This document shows positions 27,687 through 35,892 of a DNA stretch of 64,000 nt, piece by piece (position 1 is the first letter of the stretch; every line of letters starts with the position of its first letter). The stretch covers positions 19,423 to 83,422 of the forward strand of contig CAZWFS010000004.1 in the NCBI GenBank assembly GCA_964633325.1. The letters are read 5' to 3'. The notes under the pieces were generated by a model. The model made no database searches. It was not told the origin of the DNA and saw nothing but the letters and a program-made list of their open reading frames with translations. The DNA comes from an uncultured Candidatus Saccharibacteria bacterium (lineage in GTDB: Bacteria; Patescibacteriota; Saccharimonadia; Saccharimonadales; CAZWFS01). The position numbers were made by a program, and so were the translations under genes.

Positions 27687-29480
27687 ATGAAAAGAAAAAT
27701 TATCTGCTTAGGTGTTTTATCCCTGCTAGCTGGGGTAATTTTTGTCCTTACTATACAGCGACCCGCACTGCCGCCAATGCAACCCGACGTGCCGGTAACT
27801 GAAAATGCAATAATACAATCACTTGAAGGAAAGGTTGTAGCCAATGACGAGACAGCCGACTCGCCTCCGCGCATGATTACCGTCAATGAACCATTGCGCA
27901 CTACTACCCCCACTTACGCTTCAAAAACTTCTGTCACTGGTCGCGGTGAACGCACTGTAGTCATAAATAATAAAGAGTACCCGCTCAGGACTTACAAACC
28001 TCTAATGACACCTAATGATCCCACAGCTTCACAGTGGTGGGTTCCAAGTACCAAACTGGATCAGGCGTGGGACATACCGCGCGGCAACCACGAAACGGTT
28101 CTGGCTATCATCGATACCGGCTTCGGTCTTAAACATGAAGAATTTGCGGACCGCTGGTACACGAATCCGGGCGAATCCGGTACGTCGACCAGCGAGCAAC
28201 CATCTGTCCGAAATTGTTCCGACAGAAGTTTACCCATGAATGCTAGCTGCAACCTGATCGATGATGATAATGATGGAGTAGTTGATAATGAATCAGGCGG
28301 TACCACCTACCAGAATCCGTCCCGCTTGAACTGCACCGACCAATCAAGGCCCCTTACTCGTGATTGTAATAGGATAGATGACGATAGTAATGGACACATT
28401 GATGACCATCAAGGTTGGGATTTCATCAATAATGACAATTCTACACAAGCTGGCGAACTGAATCCGAGCGGCAGTGGAACGACCCATGGCACCATGGTAT
28501 CTGGGGTAGCAGCGGCATCCGGGAATAACAGCAAAGGCATTGCAGGAGTGGATTGGAACACCAAGATCCTTCCTATACAGGCTTTAGATGACGACTCTTA
28601 TGGCGACACATTAAGCGTAGGGCGGGCAATATTTTATGCGGCGTCCCAAGGGGCTGATGTCATCAGCCTATCTTTAGGCAGCGACTTGCCGGATGATTAC
28701 GTCAAAGAGGCCGTTCATGCGGCTATAATATCTGGAAGCGTTGTCGTGGCTGCCAGCGGTAACGGTGGCTGCGGATGTATGGTATATCCGGCAAATTACC
28801 CTGAAGTCGTAGCCGTAGGTGCCTTAACTAGCAATAATCTACCGGCTAGCTGTAGCTCCTGGGGGGCGAATCTGGATATCATGGCACCTGGCACCCAAAT
28901 AACAACTACTAATTGGCAGTCCAGCAATCCAACTACCGCCTATGTCAGTGGCGTAAATGGTACTTCTTTCGCCGCTCCTCTGGTTGGGGGCATGATGACC
29001 CGCTTACTCAGTCACCAGCCTAGCGCGACACCCGTGCAATTAATATCCGCATTAACAGAGAATACTAACCGCTTAACTATTCCCGTAAATACTCCTCGTG
29101 ATCTTAAACTTGGATATGGCGCACTGGACAGTTTAAAATCCACATCACGCATGATAACACCGCGTGACACATCGCAACTGTATGCTTTTAAGCCCGTAAG
29201 CACTGGTGGCCACCTAAAGCCCGCCAGTGAAATTTCCAGTCCATACGCTGTTCACAGTTGTCCGGATGGCACAGTCCCATCAACACCGATCTATGAGCTT
29301 AGCAAATCTGGGTCCCACTTCTTCAGTATAAGCGGAGCTGAGTCTAGCAAAGCCCTATCTACTGGCCATTTATCGCAGTTATTTGCGCATGCCTGCATAC
29401 AACAACCCCATGATCCTGCGCTATTCGGTCGTAATATTGATTTATTCCGTGAATTTCGCAATATCTTTAAGCCTATATAG
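27687..29480 (+). CDS. secreted subtilisin-like (S8) serine protease with a Cys-bracketed Asp-rich insert
   Basis: 597 aa with a signal or anchor. Catalytic triad contexts AIIDTGF, HGTMVSG, GTSFAAP. An insert with CNLIDDDNDGVVDN and CNRIDDDSNGHIDD lies between the Asp and His. Confidence 0.85.
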   Translation: MKRKIICLGVLSLLAGVIFVLTIQRPALPPMQPDVPVTENAIIQSLEGKVVANDETADSPPRMITVNEPLRTTTPTYASKTSVTGRGERTVVINNKEYPLRTYKPLMTPNDPTASQWWVPSTKLDQAWDIPRGNHETVLAIIDTGFGLKHEEFADRWYTNPGESGTSTSEQPSVRNCSDRSLPMNASCNLIDDDNDGVVDNESGGTTYQNPSRLNCTDQSRPLTRDCNRIDDDSNGHIDDHQGWDFINNDNSTQAGELNPSGSGTTHGTMVSGVAAASGNNSKGIAGVDWNTKILPIQALDDDSYGDTLSVGRAIFYAASQGADVISLSLGSDLPDDYVKEAVHAAIISGSVVVAASGNGGCGCMVYPANYPEVVAVGALTSNNLPASCSSWGANLDIMAPGTQITTTNWQSSNPTTAYVSGVNGTSFAAPLVGGMMTRLLSHQPSATPVQLISALTENTNRLTIPVNTPRDLKLGYGALDSLKSTSRMITPRDTSQLYAFKPVSTGGHLKPASEISSPYAVHSCPDGTVPSTPIYELSKSGSHFFSISGAESSKALSTGHLSQLFAHACIQQPHDPALFGRNIDLFREFRNIFKPI

Positions 29481-29505
29481 CTAATCCTCAGACTCCATAC
29501 AGCAA

Positions 29506-29535
29506 AAAGCTGCCACATTTTCCATGAGCAGCTTT
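29506..29535. terminator. hairpin between convergent genes (possible bidirectional terminator)
   Basis: AAAGCTGC (29506-29513) pairs with GCAGCTTT (29528-29535), with a 14-nt loop. The flanking T tracts are weak. Confidence 0.35.
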
Positions 29536-29558
29536 ATGCAATTTGAATATTTATCTTT

Positions 29559-30170
29559 TTAACTAAGCTTGTCGGCAATTCGCTTTGAGCGGGCCACTGC
29601 ACCGGCATACGCTAATGCACTTGTGCCAAGGAACATGCCTATAACGGATTCCGTACCAGTTACTGGCAACTGCGTGGGAGCGGCGGGACTGGGTGCCGCG
29701 GGCGTGGCAGTGGCGGGAGGAGTGACGACAGTTGCAGCTGCTTTAGTAACTTCTTTTTTAGTAACTTGTGGGGTCCGAACTGTAGTCTGCACCGGAGCCT
29801 TAGGCGTAACTACGACCGTGGTTGGACGATTAGGTAGGCAGGGTCCGCTACGATCGATCACTACGACGTTACCCTTATTATTGCTGATCGTACCTCCGGT
29901 ATTGCCGCAAGCGTTTCCGATACGTACGACGTTCCCGGTGTTATTCGTGATGACTGGGTTATTCACGATATCAGTGACGTTACACCGACCATGATTAGCA
30001 AGTATGATTACGTTGCCTTTGTTGTTGTTGGCTGCTGTACCCATTTCTGCGCATGAGCCTATCAGGACGACATTGCCCTGATTACCGGTGATTGTGGCTG
30101 CTTGTGCTGTGCCCACTGAAGCTCCAATCGCAACAGTAATCAGCGACATTGTAAATAAAATCTTTTTCAT
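29559..30170 (-). CDS. sortase-anchored surface protein with short Gly/Asn/Val repeats (LPVTG)
   Basis: 203 aa with signal peptide ...SVGTAQA. Repeats are GNQGNVVLIG, NNKGNVIILAN, NTGNVVRIGN and NNKGNVVVID, with interspersed Cys. C-terminus LPVTGTESVIGMFLGTSALAYAGAVARSKR. Confidence 0.75.
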   Translation of the reverse strand: MKKILFTMSLITVAIGASVGTAQAATITGNQGNVVLIGSCAEMGTAANNNKGNVIILANHGRCNVTDIVNNPVITNNTGNVVRIGNACGNTGGTISNNKGNVVVIDRSGPCLPNRPTTVVVTPKAPVQTTVRTPQVTKKEVTKAAATVVTPPATATPAAPSPAAPTQLPVTGTESVIGMFLGTSALAYAGAVARSKRIADKLS

Positions 30171-30519
30171 AAACCTTTCCTCCGCTTACTCTCTTAAGGT
30201 TTCTAAGCCTTTACATGGTATATTCTACTACATACACAGTACTAAGTCAATAGTTTTATAATAATTACGTTAATCAGCAAGTATGGTGCCAAGAATTAGC
30301 TTTAAGTTATGCTCATAAGTAGAATCATAGGCAATCATTAAAAACTTCAGAATATATAATTAATTTCCTTTGTCAGGAAAGACGGAAACGTAACATTGTA
30401 TTACCTACCCAAGGTCTTGGTTCGGATTGCTATGGTAGGTTGCATAGGTATTGGCGCGGAGATAGTCCCCGATTCTATACTAATATCTCACGTTTTTTTA
30501 CCAGGAGAATACTATTGAC

Positions 30520-30906
30520 CTATGAGTTGTCAATTGAGGTCTTATTGAAGGCCTCTCCAGGTTCTGCTGTAGTATTATTCTTTTCGACTACGCTGTAGGA
30601 CGATTCGTTAATTATTACTTTTTCTATAACTTCCACCTGATGTTTTAGCTTTATGATAAAAGCGTCCCGGTTTTCGTGTATTTTCTGGTAAACGCTTAGT
30701 TTGATCGGGATGCGTGCATCGCAGTTTTCGTCAGAACACTCACATTTGAAATGTATTAGTACCCTATCTTCTCTGATTAGATGGGGGTTATCGTCCTCAA
30801 TATGCATTTCATCTAATTTATCCAGACTGTCGCCGACCTTTTCATTGGCACGCCTGAATATCATCTCATTCTCAATCTGACGTCTCTCTGTAATAGATAT
30901 AGGCAT
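30520..30906 (-). CDS. small conserved hypothetical protein with a CxCx5C cluster (paralog of 25535-25885)
   Basis: 128 aa with RRQIENEMIFRRANE, HFKCECSDENC and YSVVEK, colinear with the 116-aa paralog. Confidence 0.6.
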   Translation of the reverse strand: MPISITERRQIENEMIFRRANEKVGDSLDKLDEMHIEDDNPHLIREDRVLIHFKCECSDENCDARIPIKLSVYQKIHENRDAFIIKLKHQVEVIEKVIINESSYSVVEKNNTTAEPGEAFNKTSIDNS

Positions 30907-31020
30907 GAGTCAATAATAGCAGCGTTTTGTTATAAAAGGCATGGTAATGCGTCTCTTGCTTACTAAATTAAGATTTCCTTGGAGGGCCATCTGTCACGCA
31001 ACTGCAACCGAAATTGTGAA

Positions 31021-31560
31021 TTACCATGGACGATTTATTGTTTCGGTTCCATTTACTATTTCTTGACTCCCATAGACAAAAGCATGCTTATTCCAGAATT
31101 CTACACTTCTATCCGTGGCATTCGGGGAATTAGGGAAAGGCTCATCATCGTCCCCAAACGTGCCAATCCATGCACTTGTAAGTACATAGGACGTGTCGGG
31201 TTGTGGTATTAACTGTAGCGCAACATATGGGCAGGGGTCGCCCATGCGAGTTTTTGTAAATGGCACCAATCCATCATCACCCCGATTTTTACGTATCCCG
31301 TAAACAATTTCGTCTGTTTCATCAACGTCAACTACATCACAAGTGCCGACAATTCTACCCATATCTACATATGTGGCAACTTCTTTACCATCTAAGTCCA
31401 TACTGTTAATGGCTTCGGCAACCAAATCCCTTAGTTGCGGTGTATCTTCAATATGCGTTGCGGCATGTGAATGAACCGGGTCATACGTTACTTTAATGCC
31501 GTTTTTAGATTGACCAATAAGTTCTTGCTGTAAATTTTCAGCACTTTCTTTAACATCCAT
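31021..31560 (-). CDS. hypothetical protein
   Basis: The ORF track starts at TTG 31566; the first ATG is at 31560 (MDVKESAENL). Acidic, with no recognisable domain. Confidence 0.5.
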   Translation of the reverse strand: MDVKESAENLQQELIGQSKNGIKVTYDPVHSHAATHIEDTPQLRDLVAEAINSMDLDGKEVATYVDMGRIVGTCDVVDVDETDEIVYGIRKNRGDDGLVPFTKTRMGDPCPYVALQLIPQPDTSYVLTSAWIGTFGDDDEPFPNSPNATDRSVEFWNKHAFVYGSQEIVNGTETINRPW

Positions 31561-31632
31561 GAGCAAATTATAACAAAAACAACCTCATTATAACTAAGTC
31601 GCAAGATATAAAAGTATATTTTATAACGGAAG

Positions 31633-31709
31633 TGGAGGGCCCACTGGGACTCGAACCCAGGACACCCTGCTTAAGAGGCAGGTGCTCTAACCAGCTGAGC
31701 TATAGGCCC
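31633..31709 (-). tRNA. tRNA-Lys(CUU), CCA encoded
   Basis: Manual cloverleaf: GGGCCTA/TGGGCCC acceptor, anticodon arm CCTGC-CTCTTAA-GCAGG, T arm CTGGG-TTCGAGT-CCCAG. 77 nt. Confidence 0.9.
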
Positions 31710-31733
31710 TTGTTACTAATTGTAATTGATGAT

Positions 31734-31910
31734 GGGGTTTGAGCCCAGGGATAAACCCTCGACCCACCGGTAATTTTCTGTAAAAAATTCCGTCGGGCCC
31801 GCCTCATCTCGGTCGCGTTCGCGAGCCAGGCTTCCGGCCTTGCGAACTGCCACCGGCAGTTCTCACCCTACTTAAGAGGCAGGTGCTCTAACCAGCTGAG
31901 CTACTGGCCC
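31734..31910 (-). pseudogene. chimeric tRNA-Lys(CUU)-derived copy with a ~99-nt GC-rich insert after the anticodon arm and a degenerate T arm and acceptor
   Basis: 31866-31910 gives an intact-looking acceptor 5' strand, D arm and anticodon arm (GGGCCAG..CCTGC-CTCTTAA-GTAGG). The insert is bounded by CACC repeats (31765-31768, 31864-31867). The remnant TGGGT-CGAG...TCCC-TGGGCTC resembles the T arm and 3' acceptor, but there is no proper 3' acceptor or CCA. Confidence 0.6.
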
Positions 31911-31969
31911 GGAAAGGCAAGGGGAGTTTAACAGTTTGTATCTGTTTATTCAATGTTAGACTGGTTACT

Positions 31970-32614
31970 ATGATACCTTATGAGCAAAAATTTCAGTTAC
32001 GAAAATCCTTGTTGAAAATACGCCAAAAAATGACACATGACGAAGTTGAGGCGGCTAGCAAGGAAATCGTGGCGAAGTGCATAGAGCTCATTCCTTGGGA
32101 AGAAATACGCAAGATACATATGTATTTGCCCATTGCCTCTCGGAACGAAGTCAGTACATGGCGGTTGATAGAATACGTCTGGCAGAATCGTCCTGATAAA
32201 GAGACCTATGTCCCTATAATTAGATACGATCAAATTTTGTCAGCCAAAGTGGGCGTGCGGACAAGGTGGCAGACGGACGGTGTCGGCATACCGCGGCCTG
32301 TGGGAGAAATGTTGCTCAATAGTAGCAATGATCAGTTTGATGTCATTATTGTACCTACGTTGGGGTTCGATAGGAAGGGCTACCGACTGGGTTATGGCAA
32401 GGGCCATTACGACCGCTTTATAGCCACACAATCCCAGGCAATGACGATTGGTGTGGCCTATTCGCTCTCGGAAGTTAAGCCCCAGTTGCCACGCGAAGGC
32501 CACGACATAAACCTAGGGTACATAATTACCGAACAAGAGATAATCAAAGCTACCTACCCTGTTTCTTCAGTATCAACGGACGAATATATTGGATTAGGAA
32601 AAATGAGCCGGTAA
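31970..32614 (+). CDS. 5-formyltetrahydrofolate cyclo-ligase
   Basis: 214 aa with LRKSLLKIRQ and VIIVPTLGFDRKGYRLGYGKGHYDRF motifs. Confidence 0.8.
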   Translation: MIPYEQKFQLRKSLLKIRQKMTHDEVEAASKEIVAKCIELIPWEEIRKIHMYLPIASRNEVSTWRLIEYVWQNRPDKETYVPIIRYDQILSAKVGVRTRWQTDGVGIPRPVGEMLLNSSNDQFDVIIVPTLGFDRKGYRLGYGKGHYDRFIATQSQAMTIGVAYSLSEVKPQLPREGHDINLGYIITEQEIIKATYPVSSVSTDEYIGLGKMSR

Positions 32615-33818
32615 TTAGCAATACCGGTTCAGGCCGTGCCAACAAGTGCGCTAAAGCTTCTCCGGGGTTATCAATAACCTCACTACTAAGCCCTAACTTG
32701 CTGCCCAACCGAGCGACCTTGGCTGGGTCAACGGATCTTCTCTTAAGGTCTTGCTCAGTTTTAAACGAAGTAATAATCAAGTGGTCCGTGATATCGACTA
32801 GTTTCCCCAGCGTCCCGATTATCCGGTAATCCATGCTTTTAATTAACCCAAATAAGCAGGCTACTTTCTGATCAGGAAACATGTCTTTGATACTTTCAGC
32901 TAAAGCTTGCATTTTCTGGGGATTATGGGCTCCATCCAGTACTAAGATCCTATCGCCCAAATGTAAAACCTCCATACGCGCCGGAATATGAGTTTTTGCA
33001 ATACCTAGAAGTTCATTTTCATTTAGCACTGGTAACCCCTTGTCGCACGCCTGCAAATGCTGATATACCCTACTAGCCAGATACCAATTTCGCTGTTGGA
33101 ACCGAGTTAGAGTATCCGGTAACACTGGTTCATCCGGTAGTTGGAGTTCGTGCAGGTTTGCGCGCTGGTGTTTAGCCGTTTCCTGAAACACCCTGCTGAT
33201 TTCAGGAGATTGTTTTAGTGTAAAGACAACATTGCCTGGCTTAATGATGCCAGCTTTTTGAGCTGCAATTTCTGGCAATGTATCCCCCAATACACTGATG
33301 TGATCGAGCCCAATATCTGTTATCACGCAGGTTTTGTCTGGCCTATTTATAACATTGGTGCAATCTAGTAATCCCCCCAACCCCACTTCTACTACAGCAT
33401 AGTCAACCTTTTTTCTGGCAAATTCCCAATAGGCAAATGCTACTAACAGCTCAAAATAAGTTACCTCTATACCAGTCTTATCTAAAATTCCCAGAAATTC
33501 ATTCAACTCCTTACAGAATTCGCCCTCCCTTAATGGCTCCAGGTTGATCTGTGCCCGCTCATTCACTTCGGTTATGTGAGGCGAGACAGTCAGACCCACT
33601 TTTTGCGCTGCCACTTTCAGGAATGCGGCCAGGTAATAACATGTGGATGTTTTACCAGAAGTCCCCGCCACATGAACCACCTTGAATGTGTCTTGCGGAT
33701 TACCAAGCCGTTCCATAAGCTCCTCTATCCGCTCCAAGGAATAATTGCTATGCATCAAATTAGCAGGCGGCACAAATCCTGCTAAAACTTTATTAACTTC
33801 CTCAAAACTACCCAACAT
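32550..33818 (-). CDS. folC: folylpolyglutamate synthase/dihydrofolate synthase (Mur ligase family)
   Basis: 422 aa with P-loop HVAGTSGKTSTCYY and FolC-like organisation. The 3' end overlaps the cyclo-ligase 3' end by 65 nt. Confidence 0.8.
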   Translation of the reverse strand: MLGSFEEVNKVLAGFVPPANLMHSNYSLERIEELMERLGNPQDTFKVVHVAGTSGKTSTCYYLAAFLKVAAQKVGLTVSPHITEVNERAQINLEPLREGEFCKELNEFLGILDKTGIEVTYFELLVAFAYWEFARKKVDYAVVEVGLGGLLDCTNVINRPDKTCVITDIGLDHISVLGDTLPEIAAQKAGIIKPGNVVFTLKQSPEISRVFQETAKHQRANLHELQLPDEPVLPDTLTRFQQRNWYLASRVYQHLQACDKGLPVLNENELLGIAKTHIPARMEVLHLGDRILVLDGAHNPQKMQALAESIKDMFPDQKVACLFGLIKSMDYRIIGTLGKLVDITDHLIITSFKTEQDLKRRSVDPAKVARLGSKLGLSSEVIDNPGEALAHLLARPEPVLLITGSFFLIQYIRPLILKKQGR

Positions 33819-33915
33819 TTGTTATTAAGTGTACTCCAAATAAAAACGACTCTCGGGAAACGTAATGATAAGGCATATATAAAGCCAGAGCCGCTTTAGC
33901 TCAATCTTGATTGTT

Positions 33916-34587
33916 CTACTTGAGCTTGAGCTCTCTGTCGCCAATTTTGGTATGTACGTAATTATAGAAAACCTCAATCTCATCATTAGGTTGCACGTAA
34001 ATCGAAACAGCTAAATCGGTGTTGTTAATATCATCTACAATCGTGTCTTGCTTTTTAGCCTGCAAAGACTCTAGAAAAGAAGCGCTTGGATCAACTTTGT
34101 GCTGAAGGATAGAAACAAGCGTTTTTCTGATATTAGCTTGTACTTTGTCTGAATAATGTTTAATTTTTTCACTGATTTTATCACTTGGCATAATTGTGAT
34201 AGCATCTGCCCAATAACCTTTATGTGTCGGTTGTCCAACTTCCGCTAGCATTGCGAAATATGGTCCACTCGTGGCAATCTGAAAATCTTTGATATCATCA
34301 GATTTATTTGTTGCTCGTCTGTTGTCTAGCACCCAAAAATCTATAACTTTTCCGTGCCAATCTTCTATGGTGCATCTGGCTCCTTCAAAATTACTTACAT
34401 GGTCAACCTCTAGCGATACAAAGTAATGATTATCGCCCTTGACACCGGTGGTACGGAAAAGAAATAAAAAGCAATCCGGAGTTAGTGCCTCGTACTTTAT
34501 AGGAGTAATATGAGGCGCCATTCCTGGCGCAAATGGCTCCAGTAATTTCTGTAAATGGCCTGGGTCAAATATGCTTAAATTACTCAT
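33916..34587 (-). CDS. hypothetical protein
   Basis: 223-aa ORF with no antisense competitor and no recognisable domain. Confidence 0.5.
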   Translation of the reverse strand: MSNLSIFDPGHLQKLLEPFAPGMAPHITPIKYEALTPDCFLFLFRTTGVKGDNHYFVSLEVDHVSNFEGARCTIEDWHGKVIDFWVLDNRRATNKSDDIKDFQIATSGPYFAMLAEVGQPTHKGYWADAITIMPSDKISEKIKHYSDKVQANIRKTLVSILQHKVDPSASFLESLQAKKQDTIVDDINNTDLAVSIYVQPNDEIEVFYNYVHTKIGDRELKLK

Positions 34588-34630
34588 TGAAAATAGTTTA
34601 ACTGAAGTGTTTTTTTATGCTGTTTAATAA

Positions 34631-34707
34631 TGGTACCCGCGGCAAGATTCGAACTTGCGACCCCTTGGTTCGAAGCCAAGTACTCTAATCCACTGAGCTA
34701 CGCGGGC
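34631..34707 (-). tRNA. tRNA-Arg(UCG), CCA encoded
   Basis: Manual cloverleaf: GCCCGCG acceptor, anticodon arm CTTGG-CTTCGAA-CCAAG, T arm with TTCGAAT loop. 77 nt. Confidence 0.9.
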
Positions 34708-34793
34708 TTAATTTACAGATTACCACAGTATGGGAGTAGAGTTCTGGAAAGCTAGAAATATAACTGCTACGTTTTGATTTATCGCTTACTCTT

Positions 34794-35096
34794 ATGGGTG
34801 TTAATTGGCGAGGAAGCAAAATGGCGGAATCTCAACTAACCGGCACTAGAAGCAGCGGAGCCAACAAATTGATAATTGCCCTAGTAGTTACGCTGCTTTT
34901 AATAGTTGGGTGGATAGCCTTTGCCCGAAAGAGCACAGATAATTCCCCTACACCAACTACAACTTACCCCAGCAGCAGCAACGAAACCACAAGCAACGAC
35001 CCGAACAAGCCTACCCAAGGAGTAAATAGTAACGGCAACGGCACCGTCCCAGGCACCAACGGTATTCCATCTGACGCTCCCACAAGAGACCAGTAA
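34794..35096 (+). CDS. small membrane-anchored low-complexity protein
   Basis: 100 aa with one TM (LIIALVVTLLLIVGWIAF) followed by a T/S/N/P-rich tail. The start may be the ATG at 34821. Confidence 0.45.
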   Translation: MGVNWRGSKMAESQLTGTRSSGANKLIIALVVTLLLIVGWIAFARKSTDNSPTPTTTYPSSSNETTSNDPNKPTQGVNSNGNGTVPGTNGIPSDAPTRDQ

Positions 35097-35103
35097 AAGA
35101 CGA

Positions 35104-35180
35104 TGGTACACCCGATAGGGTTCGAACCTACGACCTCTAGCTTCGGAAGCTAGCGCTCTATCCAGCTGAGCTACGGGTGC
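35104..35180 (-). tRNA. tRNA-Arg(CCG), CCA encoded
   Basis: Manual cloverleaf: GCACCCG acceptor, anticodon arm CTAGC-TTCCGAA-GCTAG, T arm GTAGG-TTCGAAC-CCTAT. 77 nt. Confidence 0.9.
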
Positions 35181-35203
35181 ACGCCCCCTGTCTACAGTCT
35201 ATT

Positions 35204-35785
35204 TTAGCTTTGTTTCTTGTCTTCCGGTTTTTTGGATTGCGGAGCCGGGAGGGATTTGGTAGCAGTACTGGCTTGACCTGATTGTGACAGGGTCTGCTGC
35301 AATACGTTCAGTACGCTCTCTGCATGTTCGCGGCTCATACCCACTCTGGCCACTGCCAAAGGCTGGTTACTCGGGCCTGCACCTTGCATGAAGTTCATCA
35401 CTACACCGTAATTGTTGACCATCACGTGAACCATATCTGTATAAATAATTCGGGCGTCCATTGGCATGACCATCACCATCGGTCGGACTCCGCCAAAATC
35501 ATCGTTGACCATGTTGGTGGCCGGCACCTTGCTCTGCTCATAGCCAGCCAATTCCCATAGTTTGGTTGCTTCATCTTCTTTGACACCGAAATGGCTAATA
35601 AGCAATAATAAAATGTCTTCGGTAGGGCGTGATTTGCCTTGTTCTATTTTAGCCAAGGCCTCTATGTCAATCTCAACAGCGCCAGAAACCTCCGCCAGGC
35701 TTTCCTGTCGGTTTTGGCGCATCTCCCTAAGGTTTATTCCAAGTGATTTAAGCTGTTTTTCAGAGTGATTATTCTTGTGGTTCAT
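35204..35785 (-). CDS. XRE-family helix-turn-helix protein with an uncharacterised C-terminal domain
   Basis: 193 aa with N-terminal HTH_3-like LGINLREMRQNRQESLAEVSGAVEIDIEALAKIEQGKSRP. Confidence 0.7.
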   Translation of the reverse strand: MNHKNNHSEKQLKSLGINLREMRQNRQESLAEVSGAVEIDIEALAKIEQGKSRPTEDILLLLISHFGVKEDEATKLWELAGYEQSKVPATNMVNDDFGGVRPMVMVMPMDARIIYTDMVHVMVNNYGVVMNFMQGAGPSNQPLAVARVGMSREHAESVLNVLQQTLSQSGQASTATKSLPAPQSKKPEDKKQS

Positions 35786-35892
35786 AAGCCTCCTATTGTG
35801 GGTTCTATCTTACGCCTCCGGGTGACTCCTGGCAAGACCGTCATATGGTGATATGGCTTGCCTACGGACTCTTGCCTCTATACTCTAAAGCT

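Noticed and set aside
31734-31910. Group I intron or archaeal-type intron in the interrupted tRNA copies
   Set aside because: The inserts are only about 75-100 nt, well below the ~200 nt of the smallest tRNA group I introns I know. They sit at different positions (variable loop, T stem, T loop). The copies also lack a matching 3' acceptor strand, so splicing would not yield a functional tRNA.
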